Positions 35,501 to 48,411 are shown, counted from the whole stretch's first letter. The stretch is DNA of 63,980 nt, filler included, from Asterionella formosa (GCA_002256025.1; 6 parts of 6 records of this genome joined end to end with filler, not necessarily neighbours in it), one strand, 5' to 3'. Numbers and translations are program-made. The notes: generated by a model from the letters alone, not told the origin.

Positions 35501-36996
35501 CCAAGAACCACCAAATGTTCAGCATCTAAAGGAGCAACTCCACATGCAATACAATCAAGTTCCCAAGCCATTGTGCACTCCACCGTTCGTCGCTTGACAA
35601 TCGTCGACACCAAATCAGGTGAAATTGGAGCATCTGGTGGCAAGCCTCCAGTACTAGCGAGTGTATTACTGTCTTGTGTCTTCCCAATGATAGTTTCCTT
35701 AACTGCCATGGTCATGACACAGTCACCCCAAGCCACCAACAAGTTGCTGCTCGTCTCGAAGCACAAATTCGGTTTTAGATTGTAAATAGTCGGGTGCAAG
35801 GATGGCCTGGCCCCTTTCGGTCTCTCTACATGAGCAATTCTTATCATGGATTCCACATCAAATATTTTAATACCAGATGCATCTGCCCACGCTATCAAGG
35901 AACCTCTCCATTCAATTGCTTCAATGCCTCCTGTTCCTCTGGATCCTTGATAAATGACATCATCCTTGCGGCGTTGGAATAATAGGCCACGCTTGGTCAG
36001 CATGAGACGTCCATCAGCGAACCCAACCAAGACTGCCTTTTCACGCCGTCGTTTATAGGACGGATCCAAACAAAGGACAGTAGGAGGTCCAAAGGAGGAT
36101 GGGTATGAAATACGATAGGCTTGTACAGACAATGTCTTGAGAATGGATGGATTATTTGCAAATTGCTGATCGACGGGTATAGTAGTAGGTGTTGCTACAG
36201 CAGCTGGTCCAGCCAGAGTGCTTAAAAAGGATGCAAATGGATTGTCGGGGACTGATGATGACCCATCAGTATTACTAATAGGTTGCGTTGGCGACAACGT
36301 GCCTTTCGTCCGTCCAGATGTATATTTAATTTCCCAAATGGCACACATGCCAGTGGTATTGATGGCTGCTAGAAAATTGGCGCTCGCATCCAAACTCACA
36401 TCTACGATAGGGTCTACTGCTTGCTGATGGGTGCTCTCCTTGAGTTTGAGCTGCTCGGAAGGAATGATAGCAAGCGCCGATTGTGCATCCAAGAAGCATA
36501 TTTGTCCACTTTGAAAGCCCACCGCCATGACTAAATGTGGTTTCATCCAAAGATCATTGCTTTTGTTCGAGTTGAACGCCTTGGGTTCTGTCGTAGCGTC
36601 GAGCGTTAGCGGCTCTGGTGGCAAAATGACACGGCCCATTTTGCAACAAGTACTTGCGCTCGCCAAGAGGGGATGGAGCAGTGGCGACACAACGAATCCT
36701 TCGCCTCCGACCCGTTTCGGAAGTCGAGGAAGAGATCCTCCCATGCGAGTGTACTTGAAGAGAGGATCTAGGCTTTCATGTTCGTCGTATTCGTCCTCGT
36801 CGTACTGACTGGAAGGGGCCGTGTCGTCGATCCTTTCCTTGTCAAGAACAACGTCAGGATTCGACGCCGATTTCTCCATTGCATCTCCGGAAATCGACAT
36901 GAGTGAAGTACTTGTAACTCTTAAAGAACGAAACACAGGGCTACTAGCAAAGGGAGTTAATGGGCTCAGACCTGTCCTTGTATTGTCATGGGGCAC
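32580..36996 (-). CDS. VPS41: Vps41-like HOPS subunit (WD40 propeller + helical/clathrin-repeat region); internal N gap, C-terminus cut off
   Basis: Acidic stretch then PLFKYTRMG; LDPSYKRR..GFADGRLMLTKRG..IEAIEWRGSLIAWADASGIKIFD; CGVAPL; DIDDAI; ALAELHIMMGRYEKAL; YWYLHLIF; LWNTLIQYCL; RIPQGMNIEGLRPRL..DYRL. ORFs 34231-36996 and 32532-34214 are parts of one gene. Confidence 0.85.
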
Positions 36997-37228
36997 ATCG
37001 TTGCTAGGATACTATTATTTTAGTATACATTAGCTATGTAATAGAAAGTCTTCCCATGATCTTTGTGACTTGCTTTGGTCGATGACAGCAGCGCATGTGA
37101 TTTCTGCCGCAGGAAAGAAGACGCAACAAACGCACCGGTAACATACCGGTATATATACGTTATAAACAGTTAGGGTTTGAGACTATTTATGTCGAGGCAG
37201 GTCCAGCCTTTTCATGGATCAATCCTGC

Positions 37229-38227
37229 TTACATACTGGTACTTCTGCGATCTAGTGGTACCGATTCAAGAACAAACCAAGTAGTCATTGTACTGCCTTC
37301 AACCTTTCGCAAGTTCGGATTTACTCCATACCGACTGGGATCATCCAAGACATGAGAGACATGCAAATCTAACCCTCGAGCCAACACTACCAGACTTTGA
37401 ATTATAGACACCTCCTTATCCATGACATTTCTATTTCCCCCCAGTAAGCTAAATCCAACCACAATTGGAGTTTGTTGCGGTGCTCGTTCATGAAATGCGG
37501 CACTTAGCATTTCCACAATTACGGGTGCATGACCTCCACATGCATCAAAATAATAAGCTCCAAAGTCAATGTGTCCAAATGGACCACCATTTCGCGTCAG
37601 TGCTTCTGCTGCAGACGCATGAGCTACATTCTCCAGAGGCAATCCCCATTCTCGAAGTGCATGACATGACGAACTATGACGGTTGGCAATGTAACATTGA
37701 TCAAGAGGAAAAAATCTTGACACGGCTGTGACCGTCCCTGCATCGGGACCATCTAAAAAGAATAAATTGATGGGATTATCTGATCGTTGGTTGCAATATA
37801 GTGCCAAGGCACAAAAGGCGTCATTGTGCGAACGCTTGAATGCATGATGGGCATCCGAAAAGTCAGAAGCGTCGTATTGTTCTTCAAAGAGTGCAGCCTT
37901 GTCTCGCAGACCAACAAGCTCGGCCTCTTGTGACGGGGACAAATTCACCAATTCTTCCAGAATGGCCATTCTTGTCTCCCGACTTGTGGCTCGTTGTAAT
38001 TTCTGATGCGCCTTTCCCTTTTTGTGGTGTTTGTCGTTTGCAGCATCATTATTTTCCGTGGATCTCAAGATCATCATGAAGGCCCTTGATGAGGATACGC
38101 AGTTTATGCTTTTTCCCCGATAATGGTCCAACAAGGAACAGGAACGTCCCATGACTAATCCATTGGCAGCAATGGACATGAGATGGCACACCACTGCAAC
38201 TGTTGCAGTGGTTGATGACAGCATCAT
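37229..38227 (-). CDS. Uncharacterised protein with an N-terminal signal/transit-like sequence; possible Rossmann/SAM-methyltransferase-like fold
   Basis: Clean 332-aa ORF. Motifs LFFLDGPDAGT, CYIAN and DFGAYYFDACGG are suggestive only. Confidence 0.7.
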   Translation of the reverse strand: MMLSSTTATVAVVCHLMSIAANGLVMGRSCSLLDHYRGKSINCVSSSRAFMMILRSTENNDAANDKHHKKGKAHQKLQRATSRETRMAILEELVNLSPSQEAELVGLRDKAALFEEQYDASDFSDAHHAFKRSHNDAFCALALYCNQRSDNPINLFFLDGPDAGTVTAVSRFFPLDQCYIANRHSSSCHALREWGLPLENVAHASAAEALTRNGGPFGHIDFGAYYFDACGGHAPVIVEMLSAAFHERAPQQTPIVVGFSLLGGNRNVMDKEVSIIQSLVVLARGLDLHVSHVLDDPSRYGVNPNLRKVEGSTMTTWFVLESVPLDRRSTSM

Positions 38228-39033
38228 TTGATCCGTTTAGAATATCCAACGATGATGTTCAATTTGGACGTTGTGATCATGGTCAAAGATTTTTGTCATT
38301 ACATGATTCTGTTATAAAATATCATTCCTAACATTAATACATTAAAATAAATACATTAAATATCACCTTCAGTTCGCGGAACAGACGTTGAGGACGTTAT
38401 GCAAAAGAATACGACCATACCGTACAATACATATATACCGGTATGGTATTCTACATAGGGATGCACCGACATTGTGGTCATACCAGTACATCATAAGATA
38501 TACATACCGCCACTCGGAGTATGCAAGAATCAATTGCACAGATAGGGTGAGGGATAAGAAAGATCCGTATGGACCTCCAGACGGACGATTTGCAACATTG
38601 GTGTGGTTCCTGCTTGTTCGTGCGTAAAGAGATGGCTGGGATTGTCATCATAGTGCAGTACATCGTAGCTAGGATTCAGTATTATTCAGAAACGATTGGC
38701 GGATCTTTTATTTAGTACAGACAGGTATTGTTACTTCTTGCATTCCGAGGATGAATCTTCCTACCGGTAGAGCTATGCTGTACCGGCAAACGGATGGACA
38801 CTTAAACACAAAATTCGTATAAATAACGGGCAAACGAATCCAATGAGGTTTTGGTACGAGCGATCCATCACGACTGCCAAATTCGTTTTATCATCGGAAA
38901 TTGCTTAGAAATTACATTTCCTGTACAGCAAATACTTCATCAACATAAAAACGAAAAGTATAGAAGTAATAAGCATCGCTTTCACTAGTTGTAGCTGAGG
39001 GATCAAGCAACTCGAACTCTCCAAGGGAGCGAA

Positions 39034-39937
39034 ATGAATACCTGTAGCGATTGCAATGCCGACATTTCCAACTCGTGGTGGCCATGGTGGAAGACAAGTG
39101 AACCGTGTTCCGCGGACAGTTGCAGCAATCGTTTGTGCTCCAAGTGCGCGTCGAAGCACCCTTTGATTCCCTATGATGAAACGAACGAACACAGTAACGA
39201 TCTTCACATTAACAACAAAGTCAAATGCTATTGCAAAAGTTGCTTTGAACGGATCTCCACATTGGACTTCTCGCGAACATCCGACAGAATTGTCCCACCG
39301 TCAGGAGTGAATCCAAGTGGGATGACATTTGTCTTTGCTCATGGTGCTGGTGGTAGCAGAAAAATGTTTTTCGGCCATGCTACCTTGCTCGCTGAAAAAT
39401 ACGGTCACACGTGCATTCTATTCGACTTGCCGGGACACGCCACGAAATTGGATGTTCCATTGACGTTGGAGTCAGCTGCAACCACCTTGAAGGATGTGCT
39501 AGACGAGCACAAGATCATCACCGGAGAGAAAACAGTCTATGTTGGCGGATCGCTTGGTGCATACATTGGTTTTTACCTTTTGAAGGAATTCAGCTCACAC
39601 TTTTCCAGTGCCATCTTGCTGGATTGTGGTCAAAATGTTGGGCCAGGCAAAAGTTTCAAAGCTGCAGCTGGGCTGTGGTTCCTAAGTTCATTGGGAGCAT
39701 ACCTCTCCAACAAAGCCATTTTGGGTGCCATGCTAAATGAGGTGAAGAAGTCCAAGGCAGATTACAAACTCGTTGAAACATGTTTCGGATCCGGAATGTA
39801 CTTTGAACAGACTGAGGCTCATGTCAACTGCCTCAGGGCTGTGGCGCCTGCAGAATATTTACCAGAGTTGCCATTCCCTATTCTCTTTATGAATGGGAGT
39901 GAGGACTATCGTGATTCGGAAGACAAGTGGCTGGCGT
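39034..39937 (+). CDS. N-terminal Cys-rich (FYVE-like) zinc finger fused to an alpha/beta hydrolase; 3' end in gap
   Basis: CSDC..WW..CSADSC..LCSKC..CKSCF, then FAHGAGG, FDLPGH, nucleophile elbow GGSLG and PILFMNGSED. Confidence 0.85.
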
Positions 39938-40780
39938 NNNNNNNNNNNNNNNNNNNNNNNNNNNNNNNNNNNNNNNNNNNNNNNNNNNNNNNNNNNNNNN
40001 NNNNNNNNNNNNNNNNNNNNNNNNNNNNNNNNNNNNNNNNNNNNNNNNNNNNNNNNNNNNNNNNNNNNNNNNNNNNNNNNNNNNNNNNNNNNNNNNNNNN
40101 NNNNNNNNNNNNNNNNNNNNNNNNNNNNNNNNNNNNNNNNNNNNNNNNNNNNNNNNNNNNNNNNNNNNNNNNNNNNNNNNNNNNNNNNNNNNNNNNNNNN
40201 NNNNNNNNNNNNNNNNNNNNNNNNNNNNNNNNNNNNNNNNNNNNNNNNNNNNNNNNNNNNNNNNNNNNNNNNNNNNNNNNNNNNNNNNNNNNNNNNNNNN
40301 NNNNNNNNNNNNNNNNNNNNNNNNNNNNNNNNNNNNNNNNNNNNNNNNNNNNNNNNNNNNNNNNNNNNNNNNNNNNNNNNNNNNNNNNNNNNNNNNNNNN
40401 NNNNNNNNNNNNNNNNNNNNNNNNNNNNNNNNNNNNNNNNNNNNNNNNNNNNNNNNNNNNNNNNNNNNNNNNNNNNNNNNNNNNNNNNNNNNNNNNNNNN
40501 NNNNNNNNNNNNNNNNNNNNNNNNNNNNNNNNNNNNNNNNNNNNNNNNNNNNNNNNNNNNNNNNNNNNNNNNNNNNNNNNNNNNNNNNNNNNNNNNNNNN
40601 NNNNNNNNNNNNNNNNNNNNNNNNNNNNNNNNNNNNNNNNNNNNNNNNNNNNNNNNNNNNNNNNNNNNNNNNNNNNNNNNNNNNNNNNNNNNNNNNNNNN
40701 NNNNNNNNNNNNNNNNNNNNNNNNNNNNNNNNNNNNNNNNNNNNNNNNNNNNNNNNNNNNNNNNNNNNNNNNNNNNNNNN

Positions 40781-43085
40781 GCCCTGCTGTTGCCATGGGA
40801 GTATTGCTCTCTCCTTCTTCCGCAACCGTCACAATTGGATACTTTTTGGTAACGTCCGCCCATGTGGTCTTTCCATGGACAAAATTGAAGATCAACGCCG
40901 TTACGTCCGCCTTGGGCAATCGGACTTGGACAGTAGAGTCGCGTTCTCGCAGCGTGACAGTTCCATCCTTGATGCTTTCAAAATCTACAGTGACAGCAAA
41001 TGGGACGCCAATCTCGTCGACGCGGGCATAACGACGGCCCAAGGACGCAGACGACATGTCAGTTTTGGTAGACAAATCGGATTCCATTAGCGAACCAGCG
41101 ATCTCGTCGACAAGGGACTTTAATTCAGGGGTACTCTGCAATGGCAATACAGCGCACTTATGAGGGGCCACTTGCGCATTAAAGCCCATGACATTGCGCT
41201 GCTCATCTCCATCTCGCTGATAGTACGAGTGCTCTAACAAGGAATACAAGATACGACCCATACCAAAGGATGGTTCAATAACGGAAGGTGTAAATTTGAT
41301 TTCCTGGACAGTCTTCTTGACCTTGGTGTACGTCAGCATAGCCTTTGTGATTTCAAAGCCGTCTACGACTGTCTTTCCATCCTTCTCCAAGGCATCAGCG
41401 ACAGGGGCAAAGTCGGTCCAATCCTCAGCCAAGGCTTCCAACGCACCAGAGACGACTCGCTGGTCGCCCTTGAATGCTTCGCCCAACAACTTGCGGTCAA
41501 ACTTAAGCTTTGCGACTTCAATTTCTTGAGGAGCATCCAACTTGTGAGTGGCTAACATTGGTGTTTTGGTGGCCTTGGAATGAACATCCAAATCATAGCA
41601 TGCACGATCAGCGTGTCCGACACATTCCACCCACCCATAGGAAGACTTGATTTCCAAGTCCCAACAATCCGCTGCATAGTGCGCCATTTCGGTTGCCAAA
41701 TGCTGACGGAACCGTAGGCGCTTGGGGTCCATCCCAATGCGCTCCATGTACAGTTGAGTCCGCGCCATGAAATACGCGAGTGTTTCATTATTAATCAAGC
41801 CACTCGAGACAGCATCACCGACCGATACTGTTGTTGTCTTTCCAGAGCCCAATTGGTCATCACGACCAAATAAGACAAGTTCCTTGTCAGCGACGGATGA
41901 AAAGTTAGGGTGAGTCTTGTCCTTGGGGTTGACAAAGTGTTCAATTTCTCCCATGCAAAATTCCCGGACACGAAGTAATCCACTACGAGGCGCAATTTCT
42001 TGGCAATGAAACAAGTTGCGATGGGTTAGCGAAAACAATGAGGTTTTTTTTGGTTGAATAAACAAAACACCACTTGATAAATGTTTTTAAATAAGCAAAC
42101 GCGTACCATTTCTGAACCCAAGTCCAATTTGTGCCGCAGCAAAAGGCATTTTTTGCGCATTTGCATCCAAAAGTCGCTTGAAATTAACAAACAGTCCCTG
42201 TGCCGTCTCTGGTCTCAAAAATCCGACAGCAGTCCCTTCCGGTCCAATGGAAGTTTTGAACATTAAGTTAAAAGGGAATGATGGCGAATATGGCTTTCCT
42301 GACGTGGGTGCCTTGCAATCGTATTTGATCAAGAGTTCGTCCAGTTGAGTCGGAGTATAGGCATCGGCCTGACGTTGGATGCGCAAATGGTCTTCCTGTT
42401 CGGTGACCGACATGGTAGGGCTGGCCTCCAACAAGGCATCAATGGCTTCTTCCAAAAGCTTGTCCGCCCGGAAGCATTCCCCAGTTTCAGGGTCCTTGAC
42501 CATCAAGTCAGTGAAGCGATCGACATGACCAGATGTTTTCAAGACAACTTCTGGTGTCAAGCACGTGCATTCCATTTCCAACATGGATTCGGCTAGGACA
42601 AAGTGCTTTCTCCAGATATCAATCATGGCAGCCTGTGGTTGAGGAGGTTTGAATGAGGACAAGCGAAAATGTGTGAATAATAGACAAACCGTCAGGCCTG
42701 TACCGGTATTCCAACTCAGATCTCATGTTCCAGAGCGTCTCCATTATTGGCATACCTTTAATGCACACGCCGGGGGTCCTAGATCAAAGAGACCCTTCAC
42801 ACCCCCGTGGATCTCAAAGGATGGCACCACAAACATCTTCCGCAGAATCAAGTCATCAAAAGCCTTGCGGGCAAATGCAGCTTCTGATGAAACATGAAGC
42901 TTGGAAAGTTCTTCGGCTCTGATTTTGAGCAGCTTGAGCGCTTCGACAGCCTCGGCAACATTTTCTCCGCTCTTTTTCAATTCACGGACTTTGGCTCCCT
43001 GCTTCGTAATGGCAGCGTTGAGTGCATCCACATCGTCGACCCAGCTGGCCACTGCTGCAGCAGCAGAATCTTTACTATTGCTCAT
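40781..43085 (-). CDS. GARS: Glycyl-tRNA synthetase (eukaryotic homodimeric type with WHEP domain); exons 43085-42756, 42632-42107, 41998-<40781
   Basis: WHEP QGAKVRELKKSG; SFEIHGGVKGLFDLGPPAC; LKTSGHVDRFTD; FLRPETAQGLFVNF; FRNEIAPRSGLLRVREF; VIEPSFGMGRI; anticodon domain LGRRYARVDEIGVPF. Both introns are GT..AG and restore the frame. Confidence 0.97.
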
Positions 43086-43316
43086 GATGTCTCAACAATG
43101 GACTGGACAGAGTGTGCGATGTGCGATGTGCGATACTAACAATGTCTGATGGTCACTTGACTTGACTTGGCTTGCCTGTGGTTACGGCCTGCTATTGACT
43201 AGACTTACGGTACCTGATACCCTGGTACGAACGCAATAGCAATGAAACGATGGACCAATAGTATCGTATCGTAACGTGACGATGATTCGATGCATTTACT
43301 ACGTAGTATGGGTGGC

Positions 43317-43416
43317 NNNNNNNNNNNNNNNNNNNNNNNNNNNNNNNNNNNNNNNNNNNNTTAATTAATTAANNNNNNNNNNNNNNNNNNNNNNNNNNNN
43401 NNNNNNNNNNNNNNNN
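43317..43416. other. Artificial scaffold linker
   Basis: N44-TTAATTAATTAA-N44. Confidence 0.97.
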
Positions 43417-43988
43417 ACATGAAACCGTTAAAAGTAATCTTTTTTACGTGAAGAGTGGCATTAATGCATGTGAAGTACCACATAATTAACACTCATACGT
43501 AGACGAAATTTCGAAAAGTGGCGTATTTCGCGGCTTAGATGTACCAGAAACTTACTCTGACTTTCGTAGAAATGTTTGGACAGTAGGCCGGTTTTTCGAC
43601 CAAGACTTCAGTTCATTCCTAGTTCGTGGTTTCACACGGTATATCTGGCACTTCTATGTTGAACTTGGAGTTAAGTTTGATCATTAAAAGGGAATACCGG
43701 ACAAACGGCCGTTTTTCTTCGGTGGTTATTTTCTTGTGGCATTTTACATAGGCAATGGTTGTCCTGATGGAATCTATATTTATGCACTTTGATGCAAACT
43801 ACGAAAGTATCATTTGTGTATGTGAAATTTCAGAGAGGAACACAAAAAAACATGTATTCATATGATGAAGATTACATGAGTATAATGTGTTTATGGCCGA
43901 TTTCATTGAGGATTGGCATCAAGCAAGAAAGAAATTTCAAAAGCACAAGTCACCACATCATACTCATCATTCATTCCATCTCCACCTC

Positions 43989-46240
43989 ATGGCAAATACT
44001 GTCCCCAGCCAGTCATGGGCTTCCTCTCCAGGATGTTAATGAACAAATGATGATAGAAAACATTGTGGCTGGTGGAACAAGGCGGGCATACATCGCTGAT
44101 AGCCTCCTGTTTGCAAGGCGGTGCTTGGAGCATCAAGCTGGCTCACAGCAAATGCTAGAAACCGACTCTAACTACTGGAAATTGAAGCAGAAGGAATGGG
44201 AACAAGGCAAGACGGGATGCAAATCAAATCAGGCTTTGCCCTTTTGCTACAGAAAACAGCAGAGAAACCTGTTATTTTGCAAAACGAGATCACACCATCA
44301 GGCTTCATGGTCTACTTGCAAGGATTGCGGCATTGGCGTACAAAAGAGAGGCTGTCCAAGAGCGGCTACGGAAACAAAAGATCTGCAATCTACAATTTAT
44401 TTCGTCTACACAATTGAACAGGCTTCTCTGCTACCTTTGAGCAAGAGTTAAGTTAAGCAATTTAATACGAGGTTTCTTCCGAATTATTGCTCTTGAAAAC
44501 AATAATGGATTGGGTGAGGTTCGAAAGGGCAAGGATCCAATGACTTTTCAATTGTATCGCCTTGTGAGTCTCTGGATGATTGAATTGGGAAGTGATGAAG
44601 GCATCTGGGGCCATCTTTTCCTTGCTTTGACATGGAATTTGATGCGCAGACTTAACAACACAAGCCAGATATGCCTTTGTCATATGGAATGGGCTGACGA
44701 CGCTCTACGCATTTACTTTGCCAACTCAAAACAGATCAGCAAGGCGCCCAGTCGAAATTTCCAAGGCATGTTTATTCCAATCCAATAGATTGGGTAATCT
44801 GTCCAATTTTTGCACTTGGAGTGTATTTATGTCGATTCAATACAGCTGTTGAAAGTAATAGTAGGAGGTTGTTTCCAGGCCATCAGCAATTCAAGAGATT
44901 TGCCAAGTTATCAAAACGGTTTTTGAAAAGCCATGAGGATGAACTTCTTGATCTTGGGATTTGTTGGGAGGATTCAGGAACACACTCCATAACAAAGGGG
45001 GCTGCTAATTATGTGAGTTCATGTCCTGGTGGGGGACCATCATCAGATTCAATTAGTGTGCGGAGGGGGGGAGGGATGGTCAATGGGCAAAGTGAAAGAT
45101 ATTTATATCCGATATATGAGCAGGGTGGCGACATGTTTGTTGGATGGGTTTTGAGTGGTCTCCCTTTGCTACTCGCCCAATTATCTGCATCCCCTGTTGT
45201 GTTTATTAAATCTGAATCTGATGAGGTTGGGATCACAGCCCAGTGGATATCTGCAACAAAAGCTGGTAATTGGCAACATCGCAGAAAAATTTTTGGATGC
45301 AATTGTACTTCATCGAGCGAAAGTGTAAATGTGGGATCATTCTCATCCAATGAGGCAGTCCACATTATTTCGAGTTGCTGAGTTTGGGCTTGAGTTTGCC
45401 AGCAGCCTCACACGGTTCCTATATCCATGGGACCCAGTATCTTCTATTTTGGTATTCACAGAGATAGCTCCTCATGTTGCACTGCTATGGCAAGAAGTGC
45501 AGGGGCTGCAGCGCTTAATCTTAGGTCTTGTAGATCAGTTCGATAAGAGACTAACAAGACAACTTGACCAGAGACAAATAAATGGTGGAATGTTGGGTGA
45601 GACCAGAATGATTGACCTAATTCATCAAGGGACCAGTGACCTGCCTTAGGGCAGTAGCTGGGCAAAATGCATTACATTCAGGAGCAGAACTTGCGGTGAT
45701 TCATGGAAGACCTGGAATTATTGGTAGATTTGGCACTACTAGCTATGATTGCACCAAAGCGGTTTACACTAAACATGTATGGTGGGCAATTCCATGTTCT
45801 ACCAGCCACCGTCATGGAGGTTACGAATGAGTCTTGGTCCCTTAGACTTGTGGATGCAATGGTGGTTGGAAGATGTGAGGAATGATGTTCCTCCCCTTAT
45901 TATTTTGCAAGGAAGAGATGTCTACCATCTGGATTTCATAATGACAGAGGAGGGTCATGGTACTAGAAAGGCTTGCAAAATTCTGTGTGACATAAGATTC
46001 TTGATGGCATACTTACTAGAGAACAAAGTCAGGGCTACTGGAAAGTGGGTTGAAACTCAGAGAGTGTCCTCAGTTCTGGCAATGTATTATGAAGTAGTAG
46101 AAAATCTGGATGGTAAATGATGGTAACAATCAGCACCATCAAATGATATGCCGCCATCCTCAGTTAACAAGATCATGGCAGACATTGGTGTTGACCCTTC
46201 GCAAGCAAGAAAAGCATTTATCCATGGGCATACTAGAGTA
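43989..46240 (+). mobile_element. Crypton (CryptonS-like) tyrosine-recombinase DNA transposon, degenerate
   Basis: Across frameshifts: LSKSGYGNKRSAIYNLFR; KGKDPMTFQLY; FLALTWNLMRRLNNT; DDALRIYFANSK/TDQQG..PRHVYSNP..ICPIFALGVY; GTHSITKGAA (HSxRKG-like); YEQGGDMFVGWVLSGLP; C-terminal YGGQFHVLP..LWMQWWLED..VPPL. Confidence 0.85.
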
Positions 46241-46403
46241 ATAGTAAAGAGGGATAGTGTATGATTTTTTTACCATTACCAAGTCCAAATGCAGGTATTT
46301 CTGTACCATCTTAAATTAATCTGACCAGCCACAGTGCATCAGCCATACATAATATACCTACTATCAGTTTGCAGGTGAGACATGCATCATACCAGCAGGT
46401 AAA

Positions 46404-46615
46404 TACCGGTGCCTGGTACCAGGTACCGGTATATCCGCTAGAGATGTGATGCTCATTTTCGACATAACGGTAATGCATTACATCCAAGCTGATTCTGGAT
46501 CCGATTTTCCATAAACTTGTGTGTAGAATTTGTCGTTTGTAGATACCCGGCACACACCGACCTCAGTGGTGTCCGGTACCTGGTACCAGGTACCATGGTA
46601 CTGGTACCAGGGTAA
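46404..46615. repeat. Palindromic (GGTACCW)n clusters
   Basis: taccggtgcctggtaccaggtaccggta and ccggtacctggtaccaggtaccatggtactggtaccagg. Confidence 0.85.
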
Positions 46616-47438
46616 CATGGTTGTGCAACTCATCATGTCCTCATCTGTGTATGCAAACCGACAACCCAAACAACAAGGAATCAACACACCCACCACCTCC
46701 AAGACAAGGCACCAACCCTAACCCCAGCGATCACGAAAGATCCCTGATGTACCAACTGTACCAAGGGGAGTACCTGGATTTTTACTTGTACCTGTTACTA
46801 CTCCGTAAGGAGCAGACGGGGCAGAGGGCGAACAGCACGACATTTATATAACGGCTAATTTGGCGTTATCATTGGTATGGAATACCCATCATTCGCTCTT
46901 CGTGCTCACGGACATTATTATGCACATCGATACCGGTAGGTCTGCTAAATTACCGGTTGAAATATCGCTATGTATGTAAAAGACAAAGAAGCAGTGCACC
47001 GAGGTTGGCTGGCCCTTCAAACATAATGCATGCGGGTAGCTACCGGAATACCGATAAGTAGTTCGTACTGAGAATCTTATTCTTTATTCCTTGAGTTCAT
47101 AATAATAGAATGATGAATACCGCAATTGCCTATTGCCCGTAGTCTTGCTTCAAACAGTGGAAAAGAATACCACCGTTATAGCTAGCTAGCCATACCGTTA
47201 CTGGTATGCTAATAAGAAGCAAGGATACCAGTAGCATGGAAACCTATCGCTCATGTTTGATGAAAACTTCATTTTATTTATTTCCAACCAGACAGTCCGT
47301 TGCACCGGCAGCATTGCTCCATAACAACCTCGCAAAGCCCATCCACAGTGGTCTACACCTGCTTAAGTGTATACACATCAGGAAAGTCCCTGCATCGGTA
47401 GCCTATATCTATTTATTCCACCTCCCCCTTCGTTTACA

Positions 47439-48074
47439 ATGGGTCAGATTCTGCAAAAGCTTCTCGATGTGTTCTACACGAAAAAGCTCGATATTGTTGT
47501 GATTGGTCTGGAAAACAGGTACGATATTGTTTGTATTTGTTTCGATGAAGACGCGCACTTGCAGCACACTTATACACCAGGATGCTCACCCTCTAATTAC
47601 TACTGCAACAACAACAGCGGAAAGACCACCCTCCTCTCGGTTCTGGCCAATGGCCAACCTGTTGAAACAGTCCCAACGATTGGGCTCAATGTCAAAGTCT
47701 TTAAGAAAGGAAGAGTCAACATGAAGTGCTGGGATATTGGTGGACAGGAGCAATATAGGTCAGAATGGAGTCGATACACGAAGGGATGTGATGTGGTCTT
47801 GTACGTTGTCGATGCCGCTGCACCTCAAAAACTGCCCACCGCAAAGAAGGAACTGCACAAATTGCTCGACGACGGGTCCATTGGAAATACTCCCCTGTTG
47901 GTATTGGCCAATAAAATTGACATCGAACCTCATGTGGGAGAATCAGAACTCATTGAACGATTGCAATTAAATTATGTCATGGAAACGCCATGGATGGTTT
48001 TGCCAATTAGTGCCTTGCAAGTTACCAACATGGATCAAGTCGTGGAGTGGTTGACGGCACAGGGCAAGTCTTGA
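47439..48074 (+). CDS. Arf-family small GTPase, Arl8-like; exons 47439-47518 and 47618-48074
   Basis: Splicing out the 99-nt GT..AG intron restores the P-loop GLENSGKTT; also PTIG, WDIGGQ, NKID and ISAL. Gly at position 2. Confidence 0.93.
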   Translation: MGQILQKLLDVFYTKKLDIVVIGLENRYDIVCICFDEDAHLQHTYTPGCSPSNYYCNNNSGKTTLLSVLANGQPVETVPTIGLNVKVFKKGRVNMKCWDIGGQEQYRSEWSRYTKGCDVVLYVVDAAAPQKLPTAKKELHKLLDDGSIGNTPLLVLANKIDIEPHVGESELIERLQLNYVMETPWMVLPISALQVTNMDQVVEWLTAQGKS

Positions 48075-48411
48075 AGAAACTATAGAGTGTTTATAATGGT
48101 ATCACGTTGGGCATGAGGATTGTAGCATATGCTGCGCATATTTTTGTTTGTTTACAAACTTAGCGTGATTTTGAAGTTTTATAATGACTCAACCATGTTG
48201 TTTCTCCATCCAACTACGATTACTGTCATTGGACTCTTCAAGTGTGAGCCTCTTGTTCAACTGTAACACTAAACTGTTTCTATTCTTCTTTGTTCATTAT
48301 AAATATCAGTATTTGAGTGCTTTAGCATGACTTGATATTTTCCCTAATTATTTTTCCGATTTCATCAAATTAGTCCTCCCACCCCTTGTTTGTAAGGATT
48401 GAGCCAAACAA

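Noticed and set aside
32580..48074. VPS41 near an Arl8-like GTPase (Arl8 recruits HOPS through Vps41 in animals) as a functional cluster
   Set aside because: The genes lie on different scaffolds separated by the linker at 43317-43416.
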